A stretch of 64,000 nt of DNA. It comes from an uncultured delta proteobacterium (lineage in GTDB: Bacteria; Myxococcota_A; Polyangia; Polyangiales; Polyangiaceae). The DNA lies in assembly GCA_963850305.1 (NCBI GenBank), contig CAWKKR010000008.1, positions 1,536,001 to 1,600,000 of the forward strand. The letters are read 5' to 3'. The position numbers and the translations under genes were made by a program. Positions within the stretch are counted from its first letter, which is position 1. Every line of letters starts with the position of its first letter. Positions 21,385-30,813 of this stretch are shown one piece after another. The notes beneath the pieces are model-generated. The model had not been told where the DNA came from. It worked only from the letters and a program-made list of their open reading frames with translations, and made no database searches.

Positions 21385-21744
21385 ATGAACGTTGCACTAT
21401 GGACGATGCAGGCCGGTCTCGCCCTCCTGTTCCTCGCGGCGGGCGTACCGAAGCTGCTGCAGCCACGCGAACGGCTAGAGGCACGCATGCGATGGACCCG
21501 CCATGCGACCAGCGGACAGGTGAAGCTGCTCGGTCTCGCCGAAGTGCTGGGCGCGGCGGGGTTGGTATTGCCGCGCGCGCTCGGAATTGCCGCGTATCTG
21601 ACCCCGCTCGCCGCCGCGTGCCTGTTCGTTCTCATGCTCGGCGCCGTCGTGACCAAGCTGCGCTCCGGTGAGTCGCCCGCCCTTCCGCTCGGTGCGGCGA
21701 TTGGCTGTGCGCTCGTTGCACTCGGGCGACTCACGGCTGTATGA
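21385..21744 (+). CDS. DoxX-like membrane protein
   Basis: 'ALWTMQAGLALLFLAAGVPKL...GLAEVLGAAGLVLP...LTPLAAACL'; about four hydrophobic segments. Confidence 0.85.
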   Translation: MNVALWTMQAGLALLFLAAGVPKLLQPRERLEARMRWTRHATSGQVKLLGLAEVLGAAGLVLPRALGIAAYLTPLAAACLFVLMLGAVVTKLRSGESPALPLGAAIGCALVALGRLTAV

Positions 21745-21929
21745 ACGGGTCGGGTCTTCCGCGCTCGGCTGAAAGCTCGCCGCGGGCGGGGGGGCGTTAC
21801 TCCCAGCCCTGCGGGGATCAATGACGCGCAGATTCCGCGCTCTCACGACCAACGAACCCCGGTTCCGTGGAATAAGCGAGCCTCCGATGAGAGCGCGAAT
21901 GCGGGGAGCGCCCCGCTGCTCGGCACGGT

Positions 21930-22315
21930 GAATGGCGTTGACCGGAATGGGTGTCGTTTGCCAGCGCCCACGGCTCCACGGGATGCCCGAGCAAGTCGTG
22001 CTTCGTGAGCGCCTCCGGCGTCTTCGGTTCTCCTTTGCGCTTCAGGTATTCGGGCGCAGCCACCAACACACGCCGGAACGTAACGAGCAGGTGCGCGATC
22101 AAGGAGGTGCTCTCCGGCGTCAAGCCGGCCACGCGAATGGCCACGTCCATGCCCTCGAGCGCCAGATCGAGCAAGCGATCCTCGAGGCGGAGCTCGAGGC
22201 GCACGCCGGGGTGCTTCCGTCGGAACTCCGGCATCAGCGGCGCGACGAGCCCGAGACCGAAGCTTATGGGCACGGTCACCTGCAAGAGCCCGTCGGCCTG
22301 GCCCCGGACTCTTTC
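21930..22315 (-). pseudogene. Internal fragment of a LysR-type regulator (substrate-binding domain only)
   Basis: 'GLLQVTVPISFG...PEFRRKHPGVRLEL...DLALEGMDVAIR...VAAPEYL..KGEPKTPEAL'. No HTH; the 5' end abuts IS91 remnant 3 and the 3' part is missing. Confidence 0.85.
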
Positions 22316-22325
22316 TCGACTTTCC

Positions 22326-22463
22326 ACCACTGATGTGGCCGATGCGATCCAGGTCGCTCGCGCCCGCATCCTCGCGTACCTCGAGCGGCGCAACGTCATC
22401 CGCGTCGACGCCGACGTTCTCAGCGTCGACGACGCTCTCGCGGAGCGCGAGCCAGCGCTCGCC
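22326..22463 (+). mobile_element. IS91-family transposase remnant 3
   Basis: 138 bp near-identical to 11149-11286 (TTDVADAIQVARARILAYLERRNVIRVDAD...). Confidence 0.8.
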
Positions 22464-22665
22464 GCGGTAGGTCGCGGATGGTGTCCCACAAGCTACTCGT
22501 CGTCCGCGTCGCGCGGGCGGCCGCGGCGACGCCCCGGACGGCTCACCCGACGCGGCAACCGGTGGCGCAATCGGTACAGGCGGCGATGACGGTGGTGCGG
22601 ACCACAGCGCAGGCGGCGCAGCCCACGCACTTTACGGCGTGCCGTCTCCGTGAGTCTCGAGGACG

Positions 22666-23811
22666 CTACGCCGTGCCGAAACTCGAGCGCGCGCGGATCC
22701 AGGTCACGATCGTCTCCAGCACGAGCGGCAAGTTACCGATCTGGCAGTGGCTCGACGCGTGCTCCTCGCCGCGAAAAACACGCTCGGTGACGGAGCGCGC
22801 GCGCACGAGGGTCGCGACCTGCCGGGCAAGCTGCGCGAGTGGAACGAAGTGGTCATCCGCGCCCGCGAGGAGCAGCACGTCCTGCGTCACGCGATCGGAA
22901 TACGGTGCCGTCCGGTACTTCATCGTCTCGCGCAAGAACGCAGAAGGGCTCGATGCGCCGGTCACCATCATGCCCTGCTCCATGCCCCACCTCGCGAGCA
23001 TGTCGTGCTTCATCATTACTCCGAGGATGCGGTCGACCATTCCGTCGCCGCCAGCGCGAAGGGCTCGATCGACGGCCATGCTGGCGAGCCGACCGCGACG
23101 GGACGAGATGCACTCGAAGAAATCCTCCATCACGTCGTACGCCACGACGCGCTGGATGCGCGGCTCGAAGGCAGCGGCGCGGATCGCGAGACAGCCGCCG
23201 AGCGAGATGCCGACCAACGTCACGTCGCGCACACCGAAGTGATCCAGCACGGCCGCGGTCGGATGCTCCCATAGCGGCGTCATCCGCAAGCCGTGACGAT
23301 GGAGTGCTCCCCCTTGCCCAGGGCCGTCGAACGCGATCACGTCGAACCCGCGATCGCGCATCACCTCGAGCATCGGGAAGAACTCTTCGACGAACGAATC
23401 GAAGCCCCCGTGCACGACGATCGCACCCCGCGAGTCCGGGCCACGAACTCGCAACGCCGGCAGCGCTCGGGCTTCGTACGGCACTGCGTGGCGCTCGAAG
23501 CGGCCCGCGGCGGCGCGCTCGAAGCGCGATTGAAATCGCTCGTAAGCGGCTGCTTTTCTCGGGTCGTTCGGGCTCAGAAAGAACTCCGCGGCGCGCACGT
23601 ACCGCAACGCGTCCTCGTCACGCCCCTCACGCGCAGCGGCCCCCTCGAGGGCGAACAACTCGCGCGACCAATCGTCGAAGGTCCGGATCCGCGGTGCGAC
23701 CGCGCGAACGTCCGAAAGGACCTCCGACGACCCGTCCGAGACCAGGCGATTCAGCTGAAAATTGAGGTTTGCATCCCTGTGAAAGCGGTGAAACCCAACG
23801 GGAAGCGCCAC
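22666..23811 (-). CDS. Alpha/beta hydrolase (FrsA / dihydropseudooxynicotine hydrolase-like)
   Basis: 'VVHGGFDS', 'FDGPGQG', nucleophile 'GISLGG', 'GADDH', 'SHCQIGN'. Confidence 0.88.
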   Translation of the reverse strand: MALPVGFHRFHRDANLNFQLNRLVSDGSSEVLSDVRAVAPRIRTFDDWSRELFALEGAAAREGRDEDALRYVRAAEFFLSPNDPRKAAAYERFQSRFERAAAGRFERHAVPYEARALPALRVRGPDSRGAIVVHGGFDSFVEEFFPMLEVMRDRGFDVIAFDGPGQGGALHRHGLRMTPLWEHPTAAVLDHFGVRDVTLVGISLGGCLAIRAAAFEPRIQRVVAYDVMEDFFECISSRRGRLASMAVDRALRAGGDGMVDRILGVMMKHDMLARWGMEQGMMVTGASSPSAFLRETMKYRTAPYSDRVTQDVLLLAGADDHFVPLAQLARQVATLVRARSVTERVFRGEEHASSHCQIGNLPLVLETIVTWIRARSSFGTA

Positions 23812-24014
23812 GCGAACGAAGATAGAAACGGACCCGGGAAAAGTCCACGTCTCGAGCGCGCCCTACGCTGTACGGCGGGCCCGCAGCGTTCGGGCCGAGT
23901 TCAGGCGCACCTTCGCACGCCCGGCGCGTGGAGCCGCCAGGATGCGACCTCCCTCCCCTTGCTTCTTCAGTCCTCGAACAGCTCCCCGACAAGGGTGCCT
24001 CGTAGAGAACGAGA

Positions 24015-24074
24015 AATCGCTGCCGCCCCAGGCCGTCCTGCGTCGACCGGACCCGGTTCGATTTACCTACGCGC
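24015..24074 (+). mobile_element. oriIS-like end of the IS91-type element (remnant 4)
   Basis: 60 bp identical to 6523-6582. Confidence 0.72.
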
Positions 24075-24186
24075 GACCTGAGCGGCAGTTCACCCCGCGA
24101 GCGAAGCGGTTCGTGCGACGTGAGCGGCAGTTCACCCCGCGAGTGAAGTGGTTCCTGCGACGTGAGCGGCGGTTCATCCCCGCATG
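24073..24186 (+). repeat. Tandem repeat, 42-bp unit (two related 21-mers), about 2.7 copies
   Basis: GCGACCTGAGCGGCAGTTCACCCCGCGAGCGAAGCGGTTCGT / GCGACGTGAGCGGCAGTTCACCCCGCGAGTGAAGTGGTTCCT / GCGACGTGAGCGGCGGTTCATCCCCGC. Confidence 0.9.
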
Positions 24187-24323
24187 ATCGTGGCTCCCCA
24201 CTCGCGTTGATGCGTCGAGCACGGCGAGGAACCTCAGCCGGTCGTACGGTCTAGTGGCACCGATTCTTGCATGGGGGCCTGTGCCCATGTCGGGCATCAT
24301 CAACAACAAAGGCAGTTAGAGTC

Positions 24324-24890
24324 ATGAATCCGAATTTGAATAGATCAGACCTGATCAATCTGGAAACGAGCGTGATCGCGGCACTCGCCAAGGTCACGCC
24401 CAACGAAAGCTTTCCCATCGAGGGCAAGCTCGTGGCGAGCAAGGATCTGCAGACGCAGGTCCAGGCTCACCTGGACACGATGAACTCGGTCAACGGCGCG
24501 CGAGCGCAGTTTTCCGAGCTCGTCGACGCCGACAAATCGCAGCGCGTCGAGATGGCGCCGGTCCTCGCGGGGATCCGGAACCATGTTGCCGGGCTGCTCG
24601 GCGAGAACAGCGCTGCGTTCGCCTCCTTCGGCTTCAAGCCGAGGAAGGCGGCGGAGCGCACGGCGGAGTCGAAGGCCGAGGCCGTGGAGAAGGTGCGCGC
24701 GACGCGCGTTGCCCGTCATACGATGGGAAAGCGTCAAAAAGCATCGATTCACGGCGTCGTTCCGCCGACTCCGGCCGCACCGGTCGTGACGTCACCGGTG
24801 AGCCCGGCGCCGTCCCCGACGACACCCGCTGACGCGAGTGCCAGCGGCGCGGCGACTCCCGCCGCGGTCACGAACAGTGTGACGCATTGA
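24324..24890 (+). CDS. Hypothetical protein, 188 aa: helical N-terminal part, basic segment, Pro/Thr/Ala tail
   Basis: Clean ORF with GC3-rich codons and 'FGFKPRKAAERTAESKAEAVEKVRATRVARHTMGKRQK'. Followed by a terminator. Confidence 0.8.
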   Translation: MNPNLNRSDLINLETSVIAALAKVTPNESFPIEGKLVASKDLQTQVQAHLDTMNSVNGARAQFSELVDADKSQRVEMAPVLAGIRNHVAGLLGENSAAFASFGFKPRKAAERTAESKAEAVEKVRATRVARHTMGKRQKASIHGVVPPTPAAPVVTSPVSPAPSPTTPADASASGAATPAAVTNSVTH

Positions 24891-24904
24891 ACTGGGTAAG
24901 AACG

Positions 24905-24945
24905 GCCGCGGGGAGTCTTCACCGAGGCTCCCCGCGGCGCTTTTT
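24905..24945 (+). terminator. Rho-independent terminator
   Basis: Stem GCCGCGGGGAG / CTCCCCGCGGC followed by GC-TTTTT. Confidence 0.85.
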
Positions 24946-25298
24946 GTGGCAGCCGAGCCGGGGATCCTTTGCGACGAACGAACGTCGAGAAGCCCGCGTG
25001 TCGCGTGCTCGTCAAGGTGTGAAAAAAGACTGTGGTGCCAGAGCAACACCACGACGCCGAAGTCATGGTGCGAACCGGTGGTGAAGAGCGCTGGTGTTCG
25101 AGAAGCGTGGGGTGAGTGCGACTCGTGAGCGGGTTACAGGGTTACCCGGCAGCCTCTGGCAGCGTGAACGCGGCCGCGGAAAGCCGCGGGGAAGAGGCCG
25201 CCTGCCCGTTCGACCTTGACAATTTGCTCTGAAATAGTGGATGATTTCATGTTTCCTAATCGCTCCGGATCAGAGAATCGGAGCTGGAGGTCCTCGTG

Positions 25299-27245
25299 AT
25301 GGGTTCCGCTCCGTGGGTCGGCTGGGTTCGGTCGAAAGGCGTCGTGCTCGTGCTGGCCGTCGGGGGTCTCGGCACTGCTCTGGCGTCGGGATGTAGCTCG
25401 ACGAGCGCCTCGAAGGCCGCGCTCGCCGCGAGCTGCGAGCTGAACAGCGATTGCAGCGGCGAGCTGGTCTGCAGCTTCGGCCTCTGTCACAAGGAGTGTA
25501 CGGCGACGAAGGACTGCACCGCGCCCGCGGACTGCATCGTCTCGCCGGCCGGGAACGTGTGCCAGCAAGCGAGCGAGACGAACTGCATCCGGACCTCGGA
25601 TTGCCACACTCCGTTGACCTGCGCGAGCGACAGTACCTGTCGCAGCGCTTGCGTGACGGCGAGGGATTGCGTCGAAGGCCAGGTGTGTGCCACCGGCGGA
25701 GTCTGCGCGGACCAGAATGAGGTCACCTCGGCGGGGACTCTCATCAATGCCGGTGGCGCGAGCGGCGCGGGTGGTGCGAACGGCGTGGGTGGCGCGAACG
25801 GCGCGGGTGGTGCGAACGGCGCGGGTGGTTCGGGGTCCACCGTCCCCGACGCAGGGCTTGAGCACCCGGGCACGGGCGGCACGACCGGCACGCCGCCAGT
25901 GGACGGCGGTAGCGGATTCACGGGAGCCGGCGGGACGAGCAGCATACGGTCGGATGCAGGCAAGTCGCCAGGTGCCGGCGGCGTGCCGGTGGGTCCGGGC
26001 TGCACCAACGGTGGCGGCGCGCAGTGCGGCGGCAGCTGCATCAACACGTCCACGGATCCAGCCAACTGCGGGACCTGCGGCCACACGTGCCCGCAGAGTG
26101 GCGGCTGCATCGAGGGCAAGTGCGTGACCCCCTATTGCAGCGCGGGCTTCACGAACTGCGGCAGCGAGTGCGACGATCTCCAGAGAAATGCCCTGCACTG
26201 CGGCACCTGCGATAACGCCTGCGCGGCGGACGAGCAGTGTTCACAGGGGGTGTGCGCCAAGATCTGTGACCCGTCCACCGGGCTCAACTATTGCTCGGGC
26301 TTGTACGGGAGCTCGGGTACTTGTGTCGACCTTTCCACCGACTTCTCGAATTGCGGCACTTGCGGCAATAACTGCCAGACCCTCGAGCAAGGGCAGAACT
26401 TCGGGGGAGGGGCCAATCCCCTCGCGTGCGTGGGCGGAGCCTGCGTCTGCACGGGCGGGCTGACGGCGTGTGGTGGCACCACGACCATCACCTGCGCAAA
26501 CGTCGGCGACGACCCGCTCAACTGCGGGACGTGCGGCCACGTCTGCCCGGGCTCGCAGGTCTGCTCGGGCGGCACCTGCGCCGCGACCTGCGGCGGCAGC
26601 CTCGCGAGCTGCGGTGGCGCTTGCGTGGACACCTCCTCCGATCCCCAGCACTGTGGCAGCAGTTGTACCGACTGCACTTCGTCGGCGCAGACGTGCATCA
26701 GCGGAGTGTGCCGGCCCGGTACAGGAGGCAGGTGCGCGGCCGGGCTGACGACCTGCAGCGCGGGCGGTGGCGGCGGCCCCGTTTGCGTCGACACGTCCAG
26801 CGACCCGGTTAACTGCGGGGCATGCGGCACGGTCTGCGTCGGCGGGCCTTGCGTGGGCGGCGCATGCACCTGCGCCAACTCGGCGCTCACCGCTTGTTCG
26901 AAGACCGGCTGCAACACGGTATGCAGCGACCTCACGAGTGATCCCTTCAACTGCATCCGGTGCGGCAACGTTTGCCCCTCGGACACTGTCACCGGCGCAC
27001 CGGGCATCTGCACGCCGAGCGGCTGCGCCTTCGAGCCGACTCCTTGCGACACGGGGTTGACCCAGTGTTTCAATGGGTCGTCCAACGGCGGCATCTCGGC
27101 CGGCGGCGGCTGTTCGCCGCTCGTCTCGAACGCTCCCGAGCCCGGCGGATTCTGTGTGGACACCATGACGGACCCCAGCCATTGCGGCAACTGCACCACC
27201 CAGTGTCCGTTCAACCACACGTGCTCGGGCGGCGTCTGCCACTAG
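25299..27245 (+). CDS. Cys-rich repeat lipoprotein (Stig1-like CVDxxxDPxNCGxCG repeats)
   Basis: Signal with lipobox ASGC, N-terminal C-x5-C array, Gly-rich linker, about 8 'C(V/I)DxxxDPx(N/H)CGxC' repeats. Confidence 0.85.
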   Translation: MGSAPWVGWVRSKGVVLVLAVGGLGTALASGCSSTSASKAALAASCELNSDCSGELVCSFGLCHKECTATKDCTAPADCIVSPAGNVCQQASETNCIRTSDCHTPLTCASDSTCRSACVTARDCVEGQVCATGGVCADQNEVTSAGTLINAGGASGAGGANGVGGANGAGGANGAGGSGSTVPDAGLEHPGTGGTTGTPPVDGGSGFTGAGGTSSIRSDAGKSPGAGGVPVGPGCTNGGGAQCGGSCINTSTDPANCGTCGHTCPQSGGCIEGKCVTPYCSAGFTNCGSECDDLQRNALHCGTCDNACAADEQCSQGVCAKICDPSTGLNYCSGLYGSSGTCVDLSTDFSNCGTCGNNCQTLEQGQNFGGGANPLACVGGACVCTGGLTACGGTTTITCANVGDDPLNCGTCGHVCPGSQVCSGGTCAATCGGSLASCGGACVDTSSDPQHCGSSCTDCTSSAQTCISGVCRPGTGGRCAAGLTTCSAGGGGGPVCVDTSSDPVNCGACGTVCVGGPCVGGACTCANSALTACSKTGCNTVCSDLTSDPFNCIRCGNVCPSDTVTGAPGICTPSGCAFEPTPCDTGLTQCFNGSSNGGISAGGGCSPLVSNAPEPGGFCVDTMTDPSHCGNCTTQCPFNHTCSGGVCH

Positions 27246-27333
27246 GAAAGGGGGTCTTGACCCCCGCGGCTCGCTTCGCGACCGCTCCCCCGCCGCCTTC
27301 GGCGGGCTCGCTCCGCTCGCGTAGTTCCGCATC
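27246..27333 (+). repeat. REP-like intergenic repeat, copy 1
   Basis: Core GGCTCGCT(T/C)CGCTCGCGTAGTTCCGC, also present at 39147-39194 and inverted at 43112-43168. Confidence 0.75.
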
Positions 27334-27382
27334 TGGGAGCCTGGCAACCTAGGGATCCCCGTGTGCGGCGGCCCACCGCGCA

Positions 27383-28518
27383 TCACTCGTTCAGCAGCGC
27401 GGCCACCTTCTCCGCAATCGCGAGCGACGCGGTGAGCCCCGGTGACTCGATGCCGAACAGGTTCACGAGCCCCGGAACCCTGTGCGTCGACGGTCCCTGG
27501 ATCACGAAGTCGCCATCCGGCGCTCCCGCCGGCACGAGCTTGGGTCGCACGCCGGCGAAAGCGGGCTCGAGCGCATGCTCGGGGAGTCCCGGCCAGTAAC
27601 GGCGGATCTCGCCGTAGAAGGCGTCCCCGCGCCATGGGTCGACGTCGTACCGGAGGTCGTCGACCCGGGAAACGGGGAGCCACTCCACGTCCGGCCCGAA
27701 CCGCGCCTGCCCCCCGAGGAATCGAAGGTGAGATGAACGCCGAGACCCCCGGGGACCGGGACCGGATAGACGAGACGTGAGAAGGGCGCTCGCCCCGACA
27801 GGCTGAAGTAGTTGCCTTTCGCGAAGTGAGCCACCGGCACGGCCGCCACCGCGATGCCCTCGATGCTGCTCGCGACGGCCGGAGCGGACAGACCCGCGGC
27901 GTTCACGAGGTTCTTCACCGTGAGGGTGGTGGGACGACCCTGCGCGTCGGCGACCGTCAATCGGATCCCCGAAGCGGTGGTCTCGCCGCGGACCACGCGG
28001 CTGCCGAACGCGATGCTCGCGCCCCGGTCCTGCGCCTCGCCGAGCAGGCTCCGCATGAGAGCATGCGAGTCCACGATGCCGGTCGACGGCGACACGAGCG
28101 CCCCGACGCACTCGAGTGCAGGCTCGAGCTCGAGCGCCTCCCGGCGATCGATGAGCCGGAGATCGAACACTCCATTTGCCCGGGCGCGGGCGACGATGGC
28201 GTCGAGGCGCTCGAGCTGCTCGGGGCTGGTCGCGACGATGATCTTGCCGCACCGCCGAAACGGCACCGCCCGACTCTCGCAGTACTCGTAGAGCCGCTCT
28301 CGCCCTGCCACGCAAAGGGAAGCCTTGAGCGAGCCGCTCGCGTAATAAATCCCCGCGTGCACGACCTCGCTGTTTCGCGAGCTCGAGCCGGAGCCGATGA
28401 CCGTCTCCGCCTCCACCACGACGACCTCCACCCCGCGCCGCGCGAGCTCGCGGGTCACGGCGAGCCCGACGACTCCCGCGCCCACCACGACGGCATCGAT
28501 GTGCTGCACGGGTTCCAC
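27383..28518 (-). CDS. FAD-dependent oxidoreductase, L-2-hydroxyglutarate oxidase (LhgO)-like; apparent frameshift near 27720
   Basis: 'VVVGAGVVG', '[14 protein letters not shown]', 'VNAAGL', 'KGNYF'; second frame 'RFGPDVEW', 'AGVRPKL', '[14 protein letters not shown]'. Confidence 0.87.
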
Positions 28519-28796
28519 GGGCAACGACGAGCCGCTCGCATACCGCGCCTCCGGCAAGCCGTCACGGACCCGCTCCTACAGCCGTTCCGCGCCGTCGAGT
28601 TTGCTCGGGTTCCCCGCACTCTCGATCGGTGACCGGTCGAGCGCGGCTCCGGTTGGCGATGCCGGGGTCGGTTTCGGGCGCGGGATCGGTTCCGGGGCAA
28701 GGCCCCCCTGCAACCCATCAGTCGCGAATGCGCGTGCCCGCGACGAGCCTCACGAGCTCGAGCGCGAGCTGGTACCCTCGACGTCAGCAGGAAGAG

Positions 28797-30737
28797 ATGC
28801 CGGGCTCGGACGACGTCGAAAATCTGGACCGCTTGATCGGTAGCGTTGTTCCGTCCGAAGGTGCGCCGGGCGTGACGTTCGTCGTCGGGCAGTGTCTCGG
28901 CGCGGGTGCGGTGGGAGTCGTGTTCGCTGCGCTGCGGTCGGAGCGCGGGGCGGAGACTCCGGTGGTGCTGAAGGTGCTGCGGCCGAGCTTCGTCGTGGCG
29001 AACGGGGACACGGCCCTCGCCAGCATTCGCAAGGAAGCGGTCGCTCTCGGGCGGTTGAACGAGCGGGTGCCGCCGTCGCCGTTCGTCGTGCGGCTCATCG
29101 ACACGGGGGAGCTCCCGTTCGTTCACCGGATGACGCTGCAGTTGCCGTGGCTCGCCATCGAGCAGGTGCACGGCGGCGAGGAGGGCACGACGCTCGCCGA
29201 GCGCGTGCGCTTTGCGTGCGACAGCACGGGCAGCGCGTTCGACCCCGCGCGTGCGGCGCGCGCGCTGCGATGCCTCGCCAGTGGGATTGCCGCGATTCAC
29301 GGCGTGGGCGTCGTGCACCGCGATCTGACGCCCGGCAACGTGCTGTGCTGCGGCTTCGGCGAAGGGGAGCTCTTCAAGATCTCGGATTTCGGCGTGTCGC
29401 GATCGGTCGGCATGGCGGACACGTTCGGCCAGGTGCTGCTCGGGACTCCGGGGTATGCAGCGCCCGAGCAGAGCTTCCCGACGGTGGCCGGCGTCGGTCC
29501 GCACAGCGACGTCTTCAGCTTCGGCTGCCTCGTCTACTTCATCCTGACGGGCGAGCCTTATTTCCAGGCAAGGACGTTGGCGCAGGCGCTCATCCTGGCC
29601 CGCGCCCCGGAGCGTCGCGGCGTCGCAGCGGGGCGGTTCCTGGCGCCCGAGCTGCTCGCGCGTCCCGACGTGTGCGCGACGCTCGATCGCGCGCTCGCCG
29701 AGGCCACCGCTTACGATCCTCGCGAGCGACCTCAGCATGTTCAGTACCTCGCAGGGGCGCTCGCGCCGCTGCTCGCGACCATGGGCTCGGCGCGACCGAG
29801 TCAACGACACGTGGACAGCGTCGCGTCGCGTCCGGCGCCCGTCGACGCCGGAGGGTGGCGCTGGACGGTTCGACACGCGCCGGGCGATCCGCGCGTCATC
29901 TATTCCGCGGCGTGGGACGCCGACGGGGCGTGTCTCGCCGCGACGACGCAGGGACTCGAGTACTGGGACGGCGTCCGCTGGGTCGTGGCGACCCGGGAAC
30001 GGTGGCTCTCCGAGTCCATTCGCTTCGTGTATCGGGTCGGGGCCGGTGCCTGGTTGCTCGGGGCCGAGGACGGCACGCTTTCGCTCTTCACGTTCGAGGG
30101 CGTTCAGGCTCTCGGCCGCGCCGGTGCGGGTCCGCTCCGGCTCGTCACCGGCAGCGGGAGTCCCGACGATCTGCTCGTCACGGTCGTCGAGCGCGACGGT
30201 GGCCGCATCGAGCTCCTCGGCATGGCGTCCCGCCGCTGGATGAAGCCGCTCCCCGTTTCTCAGGCAGCGAGCATCACGACCGTCGCGCACGTCGATGACG
30301 CACGCTGGCTCGTCGCAGGCCGGAGCCACGCGGGCCTCGGGTTTGCCGCCCTGTTCGACCCGTTGCAATGGGAGCTGGCGCCGCTGCTCGTCCCTCCGAA
30401 TCGCGCGTTCATCGCCTCCGGCGGCGCTGCAGACAGGGGCACGGGCATCGTCGGGGGCGCGTCGGGGTACGTCGTTCACGTCGAGCGCAACCACACGAGA
30501 GGGTCGCGTTTGCCCGACGAGAGCGACGTCTCCGCGGTCGCGACGGACCTGTTCGGTCGCGACTGGGCGGCGAGCCTCGGACGGATCTGGCTTCGCAATC
30601 TCAGCGATGCCTGGAGCCTCGTCTGGAGCGATCCCGCGTGGGCCGTCCCGTTCATCCGGCTCGTCCCCGACGCGGGGATGCTCCTCGCCCTGGCCGCCGA
30701 CGGCGCCGTGCTCGAGGGCCGAGCCGCGGCGAAGTGA
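28797..30737 (+). CDS. Hanks-type Ser/Thr protein kinase with a C-terminal beta-propeller-like region
   Basis: LGAGAVGVV, VVLK, HRDLTPGNV, DFG, GTPGYAAPEQ, DVFSFG. The ORF is open from 28629. Confidence 0.9.
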   Translation: MPGSDDVENLDRLIGSVVPSEGAPGVTFVVGQCLGAGAVGVVFAALRSERGAETPVVLKVLRPSFVVANGDTALASIRKEAVALGRLNERVPPSPFVVRLIDTGELPFVHRMTLQLPWLAIEQVHGGEEGTTLAERVRFACDSTGSAFDPARAARALRCLASGIAAIHGVGVVHRDLTPGNVLCCGFGEGELFKISDFGVSRSVGMADTFGQVLLGTPGYAAPEQSFPTVAGVGPHSDVFSFGCLVYFILTGEPYFQARTLAQALILARAPERRGVAAGRFLAPELLARPDVCATLDRALAEATAYDPRERPQHVQYLAGALAPLLATMGSARPSQRHVDSVASRPAPVDAGGWRWTVRHAPGDPRVIYSAAWDADGACLAATTQGLEYWDGVRWVVATRERWLSESIRFVYRVGAGAWLLGAEDGTLSLFTFEGVQALGRAGAGPLRLVTGSGSPDDLLVTVVERDGGRIELLGMASRRWMKPLPVSQAASITTVAHVDDARWLVAGRSHAGLGFAALFDPLQWELAPLLVPPNRAFIASGGAADRGTGIVGGASGYVVHVERNHTRGSRLPDESDVSAVATDLFGRDWAASLGRIWLRNLSDAWSLVWSDPAWAVPFIRLVPDAGMLLALAADGAVLEGRAAAK

Positions 30738-30813
30738 CCGTTCGCGAGGGTAGGAGCGCGTACGCGCGCAACGAGGCTTCGGCTCCCCTCCATCCGGCGT
30801 AACGGGTAGAGTG

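Noticed and set aside
22543..22665. Cys-rich peptide (KCVGCAACAVVRTTVIAACTDCATGCRVG) in frame after the hydrolase TAG, suggesting readthrough or a metal-binding peptide
   Set aside because: No independent start or RBS, the hydrolase already appears complete, and it lies at an IS junction. Probably a scrap or chance.
24073..24186. CRISPR array (CGGTTCATCCCCGC resembles the start of type I-E repeats)
   Set aside because: No palindromic second half, the intervening sequences are near-identical rather than unique spacers, under three units, and no cas genes in the window.
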